64,000 bases of DNA from contig JAUPVQ010000012.1 of the NCBI GenBank assembly GCA_030916965.1, forward strand, positions 776 through 64,775, in the 5' to 3' direction. This stretch comes from Patescibacteria group bacterium (GTDB taxonomy: Bacteria > Patescibacteriota > Minisyncoccia > Phycocordibacterales > UBA9973). Each line of letters opens with the position of its first letter. Within the stretch, counting starts at the first letter, position 1. Below, piece by piece: positions 19,880 through 29,238 of the stretch. The translations under genes and the position numbers were made by a program. Under the pieces are notes generated by a model, which was given only the letters and a program-made list of their open reading frames with translations, made no database searches and was not told the origin of the DNA.

Positions 19880-22843
19880 TTATTTAAAGCTATTTGAAAA
19901 TGAATTATGGAATTTGGAAATTGTATCGACTTTTGTATCTACAATTTTTTGAGTGCCATTTTTTATTAAAAATTCTTTTCCAGATTTAACTTGTCCAATT
20001 TTTGTATATGGAATATTCTTTATCAAACTTTCAAATGCTTTCACATTACCCTTTGCCACACTTACTACAATTCTACCCTGACTTTCAGAGAACAATTTCG
20101 CATCTATACTACTTGCAGTTCCAGCAAGCTTCTTAAGATCAACATTGATACCAAGCATTCCACCAACACTTGCTTTTGCCAGTGCTTGTGCAAGACCTCC
20201 AGAATTTACAGATATTGCACTCGCAACTATACCTTTGGCAATTACTTTTTCGAGAGCTTTGTAAATTTTTGTATTTTTCTTTGTATCTACTTTTGGTACA
20301 CTATTCCCAATTGCAATATTCTTGCCAATTTGTTTGTAGTATTCACTTGCACCAAGTTCATCGTGTGTTTCCCCCAATATATATATAGTATCACCTGCAA
20401 TTTTGAATTCTGGGGTTACAGCCTTGTTGAAATCTTTCATCACACCAATTGCTGAAATTAGTAGTGTAGGTGGGATAGAAATCGCTACAGAGTTACCATC
20501 CTTATCGTAACCTTTGAAATCATTGAACATACTATCCTTACCAGAAATAAATGGAGTACCATAATCAACCGCTGTGTCATAACAAGCACGGATCGCGTCT
20601 ACCAATTCCCCTAAACGAACCTCATCATAAGATGAGCACCAGCAAGTATTGTCGAGGATTGCCAAGTGGTCAAGTGTACCACCAGCACAGATTGCATTTC
20701 GCACTGCTGTATCAATAGCACAAGATGTCATGTCGTATGTATTGATATCACCATAAGATGGATACACACTTGATGTCACAACAACGGCACGATCGGATTT
20801 AAATACTGGTTTAATAACTTGGGCATCTGTGTTTATTAATCCGGCCCCTGATAAAGGTTTAACAACCGAAGAGGATTGCACTTCGTGATCGTATTGCTCA
20901 CTTATCCATCTATTACTTCCCAAGTTTGCAGAACCAACGAGAGTTAAAAATTCTTTTGTTCGATTGTAGCCATTGGGTAACTTTGGTTCATTAAAAATCT
21001 TCACATCTCTTTTTGAATGAAGTTGTCTTGCAGGGAGACCGTTATGCAAGAATTCCATCGGCATATCCATTATCACTTTTCCGTTATGTCGAACTACGCA
21101 ATTTTTATTTTTAGAGAATTCTCCAATCACAGAGGCCTGCACTCCGCGACTTTCCATTAATTTTTGGAATTCATCCCATTTATTTTTTGGCACGGCAAGT
21201 GTCATTCGCTCTTGTGATTCAGAGATCCAAATCTGCCACGGAGAAAGTCCGGGATATTTAAGCGGAACATTCTCTATATCTACAACTGCTCCTCCACACT
21301 CTTTGGCCATTTCTGCCACAGAGCACGATATTCCTCCTGCACCATTGTCTGTAATACTATTATACAAATTTCTGTCACGCGCTTCTTTTACAATTGCATC
21401 ACTTAATTTCTTTTGAGTTATTGGATCTCCAATCTGTACAGCTGTTGCTGGGCTTGAAGAATCAAGTACTACAGATGAAAATGTCGCTCCGTGCACACCA
21501 TCAAGCCCTACCTTGCCACCAACTACTACGATATAGTCACCAGCACGAGCCCTCTTCTCTGTAGCATTCTTGCCATTTACAATACGTGGGGAAAGTCCAA
21601 TAGTCCCCGCAAAGACTAGAGGTTTGCCACGGTAGCGATCATCAAATTTTGTAAATCCATTAATTGTTGGAATTCCGGAGCAGTTTCCTCCAGCGTTTAT
21701 ACCTTTTATCACCCCGTCAACAATACGAGCAGGTGGGAGCATTTTTTGTTTTAATTTTTTATCTTTGTATAGTTCCCTTTTATCATCTGGATATCCAAAA
21801 CAAAATCCATACACATTGGCAATCGGTTTAGCTCCCATACCAAACCCGATGGTATCGCGGTTCACTCCCACAATCCCAGTGATTGCTCCACCAAATGGAT
21901 CAAGTGCTGATGGACTGTTGTGCGTCTCCACTTTGTGACTTACCATATATGTATCATCAAAAACAATTCCTCCGGCATTGTCGGAGAAAACTGAAAGACA
22001 GAAATCATTTTTACCTTTAGCTTTCCTTATATCGTTTGTAGCCTTCTTTATATAACTTTTATACAAGCCATCTTTGATATCATCAATAGAGTTTGCAAAA
22101 ATTGTATGCTTGCAGTGCTCACTCCATGTTTGTGCAAGCGATTCCAATTCTATATCTGTCGGATTTCTTTTTATATTTTTAAAAAAGTTTTGAATTACTT
22201 TCATACTCTCGAGGTCCAGTGCAAGTGGTCCCCGACGATCACCGTCTGGATCTAGTATTCCCTCTTTCCCTGTCTTTATAAGCTCATCTGTGTTTGCATT
22301 TGATAGTGGTACTACTATGCAATCTTTCTTTTTTGGCAAGACTACAACAGGCACATATAGTGGCAACCCTTTATTTTTTAATTCATTTGAGACTGGGAAA
22401 ATTGTAGCTCTTTCTATCAATGGATTGTGTAATGAGAATGCAATTTTGTTTACATCCTCTTTTGAGATTGTACCTCCAATTAGAAAAACTTTGGAAGTAT
22501 ATACAGCTTCAACATCAGCAAAAGGCCTTTTTAATAAATCACTCACACTCTCCATTACTGTATGTGCCACATTGTCTGTCACTCCAGGAGCAAAACCAAT
22601 TTCAAGTATATATGAAAAATTTGCCAGATTTGGCAATGAGTTTATGGAGTAGTTTTCAAGTTTTTTATTTATGAGAGATTGACCTGTCAAATTTAATTGC
22701 TCTGGTGTTAAGCTAGCATTAACGAGGTATGAGTCAATTACAGAAACATTTGCCACCTTGCCATATAGCCCTAAATTGTTAAAAGGCAATATCTTGCCTT
22801 TTCCATTTTGTTCATTAGGAACTACATAAATCCTTGAAATCAT
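19880..22843 (-). CDS. purL: FGAM synthase subunit PurL. At 987 aa it is larger than small PurL, with an N-terminal PurS-like extension.
   Basis: AIR-synthase-related N and C domains repeated (DxGGG-type motifs NGAGGIS / SGKDS), translationally coupled to purQ. Confidence 0.88.
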   Translation of the reverse strand: MISRIYVVPNEQNGKGKILPFNNLGLYGKVANVSVIDSYLVNASLTPEQLNLTGQSLINKKLENYSINSLPNLANFSYILEIGFAPGVTDNVAHTVMESVSDLLKRPFADVEAVYTSKVFLIGGTISKEDVNKIAFSLHNPLIERATIFPVSNELKNKGLPLYVPVVVLPKKKDCIVVPLSNANTDELIKTGKEGILDPDGDRRGPLALDLESMKVIQNFFKNIKRNPTDIELESLAQTWSEHCKHTIFANSIDDIKDGLYKSYIKKATNDIRKAKGKNDFCLSVFSDNAGGIVFDDTYMVSHKVETHNSPSALDPFGGAITGIVGVNRDTIGFGMGAKPIANVYGFCFGYPDDKRELYKDKKLKQKMLPPARIVDGVIKGINAGGNCSGIPTINGFTKFDDRYRGKPLVFAGTIGLSPRIVNGKNATEKRARAGDYIVVVGGKVGLDGVHGATFSSVVLDSSSPATAVQIGDPITQKKLSDAIVKEARDRNLYNSITDNGAGGISCSVAEMAKECGGAVVDIENVPLKYPGLSPWQIWISESQERMTLAVPKNKWDEFQKLMESRGVQASVIGEFSKNKNCVVRHNGKVIMDMPMEFLHNGLPARQLHSKRDVKIFNEPKLPNGYNRTKEFLTLVGSANLGSNRWISEQYDHEVQSSSVVKPLSGAGLINTDAQVIKPVFKSDRAVVVTSSVYPSYGDINTYDMTSCAIDTAVRNAICAGGTLDHLAILDNTCWCSSYDEVRLGELVDAIRACYDTAVDYGTPFISGKDSMFNDFKGYDKDGNSVAISIPPTLLISAIGVMKDFNKAVTPEFKIAGDTIYILGETHDELGASEYYKQIGKNIAIGNSVPKVDTKKNTKIYKALEKVIAKGIVASAISVNSGGLAQALAKASVGGMLGINVDLKKLAGTASSIDAKLFSESQGRIVVSVAKGNVKAFESLIKNIPYTKIGQVKSGKEFLIKNGTQKIVDTKVDTISKFHNSFSNSFK

Positions 22844-23304
22844 ACACCTATATTAGACTATTTTTGTCCTTATTACAAATATGTTATTATAGGCAAATGG
22901 CACAGCCAACACTACAAGTTACTGGATACCGTGGAATATGGGGAGACACTTTAACAAGTGAAATTGCAAAGAAATATGCAGGTGCATATGCTCAATTTGT
23001 AAAGAGTGAATTTCCCGACAAAGAAAATCCTACTATATTAATAGGCCGAGATGGCCGTGAAAGTGGTAAAGAGATTGCACTTGCTATTATTCCCATAATG
23101 CAATCATTTGGTATGAATGTAATAGATGGCGACATACTCCCTACTCCAACTTTGATGTTTGGAGTTAATAAATACAATTATGATGGCGCAGTAATAATTA
23201 CAGCGAGTCACAACCCTATAGAATACAATGGAATCAAGTTTGTTGTAAAAGGCGGTAGACTAACAAACGAGTCGGAAGTAGAAAAAATTAAAACATTTTT
23301 ATAA
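22834..23304 (+). CDS. Phosphohexomutase (PGM/PMM/GlmM family) domain I fragment. Probable start at MAQPTLQV, about 22897.
   Basis: Active-site loop TASHNP. Ends with a TAA 2 nt before the next ORF, which carries domains II-IV. Confidence 0.7.
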   Translation: MKSYTYIRLFLSLLQICYYRQMAQPTLQVTGYRGIWGDTLTSEIAKKYAGAYAQFVKSEFPDKENPTILIGRDGRESGKEIALAIIPIMQSFGMNVIDGDILPTPTLMFGVNKYNYDGAVIITASHNPIEYNGIKFVVKGGRLTNESEVEKIKTFL

Positions 23305-23305
23305 T

Positions 23306-24208
23306 ATGCCAAATTTTCCAAAAGAACATGCAGATCACATACTAGCCTATATCAACGTCGAGGCAATTCGCGCACGTAAATTCAAAGTGGCAGTAGACAT
23401 GATCAACGCATCCGCATGTGTTGTTGATCCGTATCTATTTGAACAACTTGGTGTGGAATTAGTTCCAATAAACAATATTCCAAATGGCAAATTCGCCCAC
23501 AAACCCGAGCCCACAGTAGAGAATCTTGTTGGGACTGGTCTTATTGTAAAAGAATCTGCTGTTGATATTGGTTTTGTCCATGACCCAGATGCAGACAGAA
23601 TGGTAATCATAAACAATGAGGGAACAGTTCTTTCCGAAGATTACACTCTAGCTTTCGGTGTAGAAAATATTTTGTCTAAAAATCCTGGAAGGAATGTTGT
23701 AATAAATATGTCTACATCACAAATGATCGATGACATAGCAGAGAGGCACGGTAGTAAATGTATCCGTACAAAGGTTGGAGAATCAAATGTGATGGGAGGC
23801 ATGTTGGAATATGATGCAATTGTCGGAGGAGAAGGCACAAGTGGTGTTATATTCCCTACTCTCAATAACTGTCGTGATAGTTTTGTCAGCTTAAGTCTTG
23901 CTCTAGAATTACTCGCAGAACGCAATCAAACCATAAATGAATGCGTAAGTTCGTTGCCAAAATATTTTATGAAAAGAGACAAGTGGCCAGTAGGTGGCGA
24001 GCTGTCAGGAATGTATTCAAAATTAAAAGAGCATTTTAAGGATGGTGTAATGAATGAGCTTGATGGTCTGCGCATAGTTCTCCCAGATAAATCTTGGATT
24101 CACTTGCGACCCTCAAACACAGAGCCAATAATCAGACTCTTTGGCGAAGCCAAGACCCAAGAAAGAGTCGAAGAACTCTTTGCCGAAGCTCAAAAAGTAA
24201 TTTCTTAA
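23306..24208 (+). CDS. Phosphohexomutase domains II-IV fragment (continuation of the preceding ORF in another frame)
   Basis: DPDADR metal-binding loop and GGEGTSG sugar-binding loop. Shifted frame relative to 22834..23304. Removing one A from the A6 run at 23282-23287 fuses the two ORFs. Confidence 0.7.
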   Translation: MPNFPKEHADHILAYINVEAIRARKFKVAVDMINASACVVDPYLFEQLGVELVPINNIPNGKFAHKPEPTVENLVGTGLIVKESAVDIGFVHDPDADRMVIINNEGTVLSEDYTLAFGVENILSKNPGRNVVINMSTSQMIDDIAERHGSKCIRTKVGESNVMGGMLEYDAIVGGEGTSGVIFPTLNNCRDSFVSLSLALELLAERNQTINECVSSLPKYFMKRDKWPVGGELSGMYSKLKEHFKDGVMNELDGLRIVLPDKSWIHLRPSNTEPIIRLFGEAKTQERVEELFAEAQKVIS

Positions 24209-25020
24209 ATACTATAATCTCCTATTTTTGTGCGCTTGATGTGCATTGCTAGTGCTTGAGTTCCTACACTCTCCCCTAATTCATGTGCTACAACTCTGAC
24301 ATATGTACCAGAGCTACAGGCGATTTTTAATTTTATACAAACAAATTCTTCCTCAGTAGAATTTTGGAGGACTTCGTTCCACTTTTCTAAAATTTCTTCT
24401 TGGCGGAAATCTCCTTTAATTTTTCCAATATTTTCTTTTATATATTTTGCGAGCTTTGTTTTTGTAATCTTACTCTCTTCTATCAACTCTATATTCGAAA
24501 TATACACTTCGTGTGATGGGATTGTAATTTCATCAAGCCGTCCCTCACGTGCCCACTGGAAAAGTGGCTTGCCATTCACGGTCCGCGAAGAATATGGCGG
24601 ATACTTCTGATCTATCTTGCCTGTAAAATTTTTTATTATCTTAGAAAACTCGCTCGTCATATTATTCCCGTCAGCACACATAAAATCCTGCTGGATTTTT
24701 GCTCTGCTCGGCTCGACAGCCTGCGCAAGTCTTCCTGGAACAACATGACTTCTCTCATCTTCTACCAACCCTAATAAATCATAAGTATCTGTAGCAAAGC
24801 CAAAAAGTATTGTTACTTCGTACTCTTTAGATAAATTTGTGTATTCGTCCTTTTTCATACAATCATCGCCTGTAAGTACAAGCATTAGACCCTCGGCCAT
24901 AGGATCAAGGCGCCCGGCATAGGTCATAGGGACATACTGGTATTCCGGATTCTCATTTTTTAGCCTTTTTAGGACATCAAGCGGGGTCTCCCCCCTTTCT
25001 TTATAAGCTTGGATTAACAT
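24205..25020 (-). CDS. truB: tRNA pseudouridine(55) synthase TruB-like
   Basis: 271 aa. Catalytic-Asp motif YAGRLDPMAEGLM. C-terminal GTYVRVVAHELG region. Confidence 0.75.
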   Translation of the reverse strand: MLIQAYKERGETPLDVLKRLKNENPEYQYVPMTYAGRLDPMAEGLMLVLTGDDCMKKDEYTNLSKEYEVTILFGFATDTYDLLGLVEDERSHVVPGRLAQAVEPSRAKIQQDFMCADGNNMTSEFSKIIKNFTGKIDQKYPPYSSRTVNGKPLFQWAREGRLDEITIPSHEVYISNIELIEESKITKTKLAKYIKENIGKIKGDFRQEEILEKWNEVLQNSTEEEFVCIKLKIACSSGTYVRVVAHELGESVGTQALAMHIKRTKIGDYSI

Positions 25021-25108
25021 ATTGCTATAATAACACGAATATGCTATTATCCTCTCAGGTACATCTTTGGCAATTTAGCCCTAGAGAGATCTATTAAACA
25101 CTTTAAAA

Positions 25109-25630
25109 TTGAGAGAACGTATTAACAACCAAATACGAGCCAATGAGCTCCGAGTTATATCAAGCACGGGCGAGAACCTTGGTGTTTTAAGTTTTAAAGA
25201 AGCATTTGCTATGGCACAGGCCGAAGGGTTGGATTTGATAGAAATATCACCCAATGCGAAGCCCCCTATAGTAAAGATAATGGATCATGGTAAATACCAG
25301 TACGAGCAGAACAAAAAGCAAAAGAAAGCAAAAGCCGGATCAAAAGCTACAGAGACCAAATCGGTGCAAATCAAGATTGGTACTGGAGACAATGATCTAA
25401 ACATGAAAGCCAAGAAAGCAAGTGAATGGCTAAAGGAAGGTCATAGGATAAAGATAGAACTCTTCCTCTCTGGCCGTTCCAAATATATGGCAGATGCATT
25501 TTTAAAAGAAAGACTTGATAGAATCCTACATCTAATAACAGAAAATTATAAGATAGCGGAGGAATACAAGAAGGGTCCAAAAGGTCCAATGATTACAATA
25601 GAAAAAGATGGCAAAGCAATGCCAAAATAA
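25109..25630 (+). CDS. infC: Translation initiation factor IF-3 (TTG start)
   Basis: 173 aa. INNQIRANELRVISSTGENLGVLSFKEAFAMAQAEGLDLIEISPNAKPPIVKIMDHGKYQYEQ. Confidence 0.9.
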   Translation: MRERINNQIRANELRVISSTGENLGVLSFKEAFAMAQAEGLDLIEISPNAKPPIVKIMDHGKYQYEQNKKQKKAKAGSKATETKSVQIKIGTGDNDLNMKAKKASEWLKEGHRIKIELFLSGRSKYMADAFLKERLDRILHLITENYKIAEEYKKGPKGPMITIEKDGKAMPK

Positions 25631-25635
25631 ATTAT

Positions 25636-25821
25636 ATGAAAACAAACAAATCACTTACAAAAAGATTAAAGGTTACACGAAAAGGCAAAATCCTTGCTCG
25701 TAAGCCTGGGTTCAACCACTTCAATGCCAAGCAATCCCGCGTAAAGCAATTGGGCGGTCGCCGTGGTAAAGAACTTAATCTTTCAAACAAAGTTATCAAC
25801 ACGCACTTACAAAACGCGTAA
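25636..25821 (+). CDS. rpmI: Ribosomal protein bL35
   Basis: 61 aa basic protein. MKTNKSLTKRLKVTRKGKILARKPG. Canonical infC-rpmI-rplT order. Confidence 0.9.
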   Translation: MKTNKSLTKRLKVTRKGKILARKPGFNHFNAKQSRVKQLGGRRGKELNLSNKVINTHLQNA

Positions 25822-25847
25822 TTATCAAAATTTAATTTTTTAATACA

Positions 25848-26189
25848 ATGACAAGAGTAAAAAGAGGAGTAATGAAAAATAAGCGTCGCAAGAATATCCT
25901 AAGTCAAACAAAAGGATTTCGTTTTGGACGCAGTACAAAGGAAGCTCAAGCAAAAGAGGCAATCATGCATGCTGGTGCCTACGCTTTTGCCCACCGCCGA
26001 GACAAAAAGGGTGTTGCACGCCGACTATGGCAAGTGCGCATCAATGCTGCTATCCGTCCCCTTGGAATGTCCTACAGCAAATTCATCGATGCATTGAAAA
26101 AGAAAGGTATTGCAATCGACCGCAAAATCCTATCAACTCTAGCAAAAGATAACCCAGCTACATTTGAAAGAATCGTAAAAAGCCTATAA
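25848..26189 (+). CDS. rplT: Ribosomal protein bL20
   Basis: 113 aa. MTRVKRGVMKNKRRKNIL... Confidence 0.9.
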   Translation: MTRVKRGVMKNKRRKNILSQTKGFRFGRSTKEAQAKEAIMHAGAYAFAHRRDKKGVARRLWQVRINAAIRPLGMSYSKFIDALKKKGIAIDRKILSTLAKDNPATFERIVKSL

Positions 26190-26192
26190 TAA

Positions 26193-26226
26193 AAATACCA
26201 CCCATTGGGTGGTATTTTTATATTAA
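26193..26226. terminator. Intrinsic terminator after rplT
   Basis: AAAAATACCACCCAttGGGTGGTATTTTTAT. Confidence 0.6.
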
Positions 26227-26520
26227 TTAATCAAATTTTCCATCTAATTCAGTTATTTGGAAAGGTTTGTCCCATAAATCCTTATCAATATTTACAAAAC
26301 TTTCAAACATCTCTTTTGCTTCATCAAAATTTTTAGCATAAATTTCCATTCCCATACCATTTGGACCATTCTGTTCAGTAGCATCGAGATTATATAATTT
26401 AATTTCTTTACTACCTTTTCCAAATTCTTCTTTGTATAAAGCTATTTTAGCACTATTAGCTTTAGCTTTATTTTCTGCTTCGACTCCCCATTTTTTTTGT
26501 TCATTATTTAATCCTTCCAT
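26227..26520 (-). CDS. Hypothetical small cytoplasmic protein (97 aa)
   Basis: Clean ORF with no signal peptide or TM segment. Expressed from the poly-G spacer promoter at 26552-26581. Confidence 0.45.
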   Translation of the reverse strand: MEGLNNEQKKWGVEAENKAKANSAKIALYKEEFGKGSKEIKLYNLDATEQNGPNGMGMEIYAKNFDEAKEMFESFVNIDKDLWDKPFQITELDGKFD

Positions 26521-26551
26521 AAATTTTATTGGGTTATTTACTAATAGCCTA

Positions 26552-26581
26552 ATAATACCCCCCCCTGTGGCATCAAGTCAA
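26552..26581 (-). promoter_or_regulatory. Sigma70-like promoter with a G8 homopolymer inside the -35/-10 spacer
   Basis: Minus strand reads cccTTGACTtgatgccacaGGGGGGGGTATTATtagg: -35 TTGACT, 18-nt spacer ending in G8 (plus-strand C8 at 26558-26565), -10 TATTAT, about 30 nt upstream of the start of 26227..26520. Confidence 0.55.
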
Positions 26582-26680
26582 GGGTTTAATTTTACTTGCA
26601 TAATATGGATGTATATAGTATATTATCTACATAAACAAGAAAAAGACCCCTGATATGTCTCGGCATATCTGGGGGCTTTT

Positions 26681-27163
26681 TCATTTTATCTTTAGTTTTT
26701 CAACAAATTGATCAAGGATTACAATTGGAACATTTGTACGTTTTAATAAGAGCGATAGATACTTGCGATTCGGCGATACAATTTCAATGTGAATATTTTT
26801 CTCTTTCAAAAACTCAACAATACAGTGGTAATCACCATCTCCAGAAACAAGGACTACGCTTTCTAGCTTATTTTCATAAAAATCTTTTGCAATAGTTAGT
26901 ATCAATTCTCCGTCTACATTTCCTTTAGTTTTGCCCTCTTTGCTAGTAATTGTAGGCTTGAAAGAAATATCATACCCAATATTCTGTAAGTAATTATAAT
27001 ATTCGAAGTTATCGGGTAAAAGTCCCATAAAAAGTATGGCTCGATTTACGCCAAATTTATCACGGAGCCACGACCGAAAAGATTTATAATCAAGCTCCCA
27101 GCCACTTTGCTTGACGCCGAATTTTAAATTTGAAGAGTCTATGTATGCAGTAGAATTTTTCAT
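26681..27163 (-). CDS. NYN-domain (LabA-like) predicted ribonuclease
   Basis: 160 aa. AILFMGL...VVLVSGDGDY...IEIVS acidic-residue pattern of NYN/PIN-like nucleases. Confidence 0.7.
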   Translation of the reverse strand: MKNSTAYIDSSNLKFGVKQSGWELDYKSFRSWLRDKFGVNRAILFMGLLPDNFEYYNYLQNIGYDISFKPTITSKEGKTKGNVDGELILTIAKDFYENKLESVVLVSGDGDYHCIVEFLKEKNIHIEIVSPNRKYLSLLLKRTNVPIVILDQFVEKLKIK

Positions 27164-27184
27164 TGCATTTTAAAAAACTAATAA

Positions 27185-28561
27185 TTAGGAACAATCTATA
27201 ATGATTGTATCCCCTGCCATTGGGCTCTCTGTTTCTATTCCTAAATTATCTTTGAGTTTTTGTGCGAGATACAGTGCTGCCTTTGGCTCGCCCATTACAG
27301 TGAAAACTTTCTTCACTGTCTTTGCAGTGTCTGCGACGAATTCCACCAAGTGATCGGAATCTTTATGGCCAGAATATCCGCTAATCATTTCTACATGAGC
27401 ATGAATAGGTATCTCCTCATTCATAATATGAACTTTCTTTACTCCCTCTTGAATTAATCTACCCAATGTTCCCACTGATTGGTATCCAATTAGTAGTATT
27501 GTATCATTTGGGTTTGGAAGATAATTCTTCTCGTGGTGGAGGATTCTGCCACCGTTACTCATACCACTACCTGCCATAATTATCTTTGGACTTGGGACAG
27601 AAAGTATGGCTTTGGATTCTTGTGTTTCTTCTGTCATTTTGAGCCCTGGAAAGTTGAAGATATCATCTCCACTTGCTATGATATCACGAGCATTTTGGTT
27701 GAAATATTTGCTATTAGTTTTGTAAATTCGTGTTAATTTAATAGCCAATGGTGAATCGAGAAATATCGGCATAAAAGGAATTGTTTTGGCCTCTACCATT
27801 TCATTGATTTCAAAAATCAATTCTTGAGTACGCTCAAGGGAAAATACCGGTATCATAAGTGTCCCTGCTCTTTTGTAATTCTCATTGATTACCTTTGCCA
27901 ATTTTTCCTTTCTCTCATTGCGATCCTCGTGATTGCGGTCTCCGTACACGGATTCCATTATCATATAATCTGCATCTGTTACCTTGTCAGTGTCTGGTAG
28001 TATTGGTGATGGAGAATTACCAAGATCTCCTGTAAAAACTATTTTCTTGCCATTATAGACTATCTCTACCATCCCAGAGCCCAATATATGTCCAGTGTCT
28101 TTGAAAGAGAATTGAAATCCATGATCGACGTTGATTACTTGATGATACTCTACTCCCTCCCAGAGTTCCATAGCTCTCTTTATATTTTCGGCAGAATAAA
28201 TATCTTTTAAATGATGCTCGTTGTCGCGCGATAATATATGAGCAGTATCCTCGAGCATAATTTGAACAATATCACGAGTTGGAATTGTAGAAATTATTCT
28301 ACCTTTGAATCCGTCTTGTATTATTTTGGGTATACGACCAATATGGTCTATGTGCCCGTGTGTTATAAAAAGAATATCAATTGTACTAGGGTCATAAGTA
28401 AACGGGGCCCAATTGAGCTCATCTGCAATCCTCTCTCCTTGGACAAGTCCACAATCAATGAGGAATTTCTTGCCATTCCCTTCGAGTAAAAAATTAGCAC
28501 CGGTCACAGTACCGGCACCATTTGCAAAAGTAATCTTTAGTTCTGTATCTTTAATTTCCAT
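27185..28561 (-). CDS. MBL-fold metallo-hydrolase of the beta-CASP RNA-metabolising family
   Basis: 458 aa. HxHxDH motif ILFITHGHIDHIGRIP. C-terminal beta-CASP / RMMBL-like region. Confidence 0.75.
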   Translation of the reverse strand: MEIKDTELKITFANGAGTVTGANFLLEGNGKKFLIDCGLVQGERIADELNWAPFTYDPSTIDILFITHGHIDHIGRIPKIIQDGFKGRIISTIPTRDIVQIMLEDTAHILSRDNEHHLKDIYSAENIKRAMELWEGVEYHQVINVDHGFQFSFKDTGHILGSGMVEIVYNGKKIVFTGDLGNSPSPILPDTDKVTDADYMIMESVYGDRNHEDRNERKEKLAKVINENYKRAGTLMIPVFSLERTQELIFEINEMVEAKTIPFMPIFLDSPLAIKLTRIYKTNSKYFNQNARDIIASGDDIFNFPGLKMTEETQESKAILSVPSPKIIMAGSGMSNGGRILHHEKNYLPNPNDTILLIGYQSVGTLGRLIQEGVKKVHIMNEEIPIHAHVEMISGYSGHKDSDHLVEFVADTAKTVKKVFTVMGEPKAALYLAQKLKDNLGIETESPMAGDTIIIDCS

Positions 28562-28573
28562 ATTTATATTATA

Positions 28574-28951
28574 CTATTTTCTAGATATATATAATAGCCC
28601 CAATATACCTCCTGCCATATCGAAAAATAAATCTGAAATTGAGTCTAGGTATATTTGTGGGTTATGGGATATCAACATAGATATCAATTGTTCATACAAT
28701 TCCCATCCAAAACCAATAACAAAAACAGATAATATTAAAATTCCGATTGGTAAATTTGATCTCGAAGAAATTCTGCTATAAAAAAGGTAAACGATTAAAA
28801 AAAGTACTGTCATCCCCCCAATAAAATGCATCAGCATATCGAAATACCAAAATAGATAGTACCACAATCCTTTTATAGCAATAAAATTGACTATGCAGAG
28901 GAATATAATAGATGAGGCAAGAAGAGAAAGAATATTTTTACGTGATTTCAT
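28574..28951 (-). CDS. VanZ-like membrane protein
   Basis: 125 aa, 4 TM. Motif DSISDLFFDMAGGILG. Confidence 0.55.
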   Translation of the reverse strand: MKSRKNILSLLASSIIFLCIVNFIAIKGLWYYLFWYFDMLMHFIGGMTVLFLIVYLFYSRISSRSNLPIGILILSVFVIGFGWELYEQLISMLISHNPQIYLDSISDLFFDMAGGILGLLYISRK

Positions 28952-29238
28952 ATAAATATAGTAGCAAATACAAAGACTTTTGCCTATGAAAAAGAAAAAT
29001 CCTCAATCATAAAGATGGAGAATTCGTCTTTTAGGGCTATCTCGGAAATATTACCATAGCGTTACGCTAAGTGGGTGTATTGCAACTCTCACCACAGTGA
29101 AAATTGACCGATACTCCCTTAAAATATATGTTCTAGGTAACACGCCGCCAATAACCCTACATAAATTATACCTGAATGTAAAACCAAAGCAAGCGTTTTA
29201 ATGATTAACCACACCTTTGACAGCTTTACAAGTCTAAT

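Noticed and set aside
19991-20455. 154-aa plus-strand ORF inside purL
   Set aside because: Antisense to purL. Cys/Phe-rich nonsense composition.
28952-29238. Possible riboswitch in the long leader upstream of the VanZ-like gene
   Set aside because: No convincing match to any riboswitch consensus I can recall. It is mentioned only as part of a low-interest finding.
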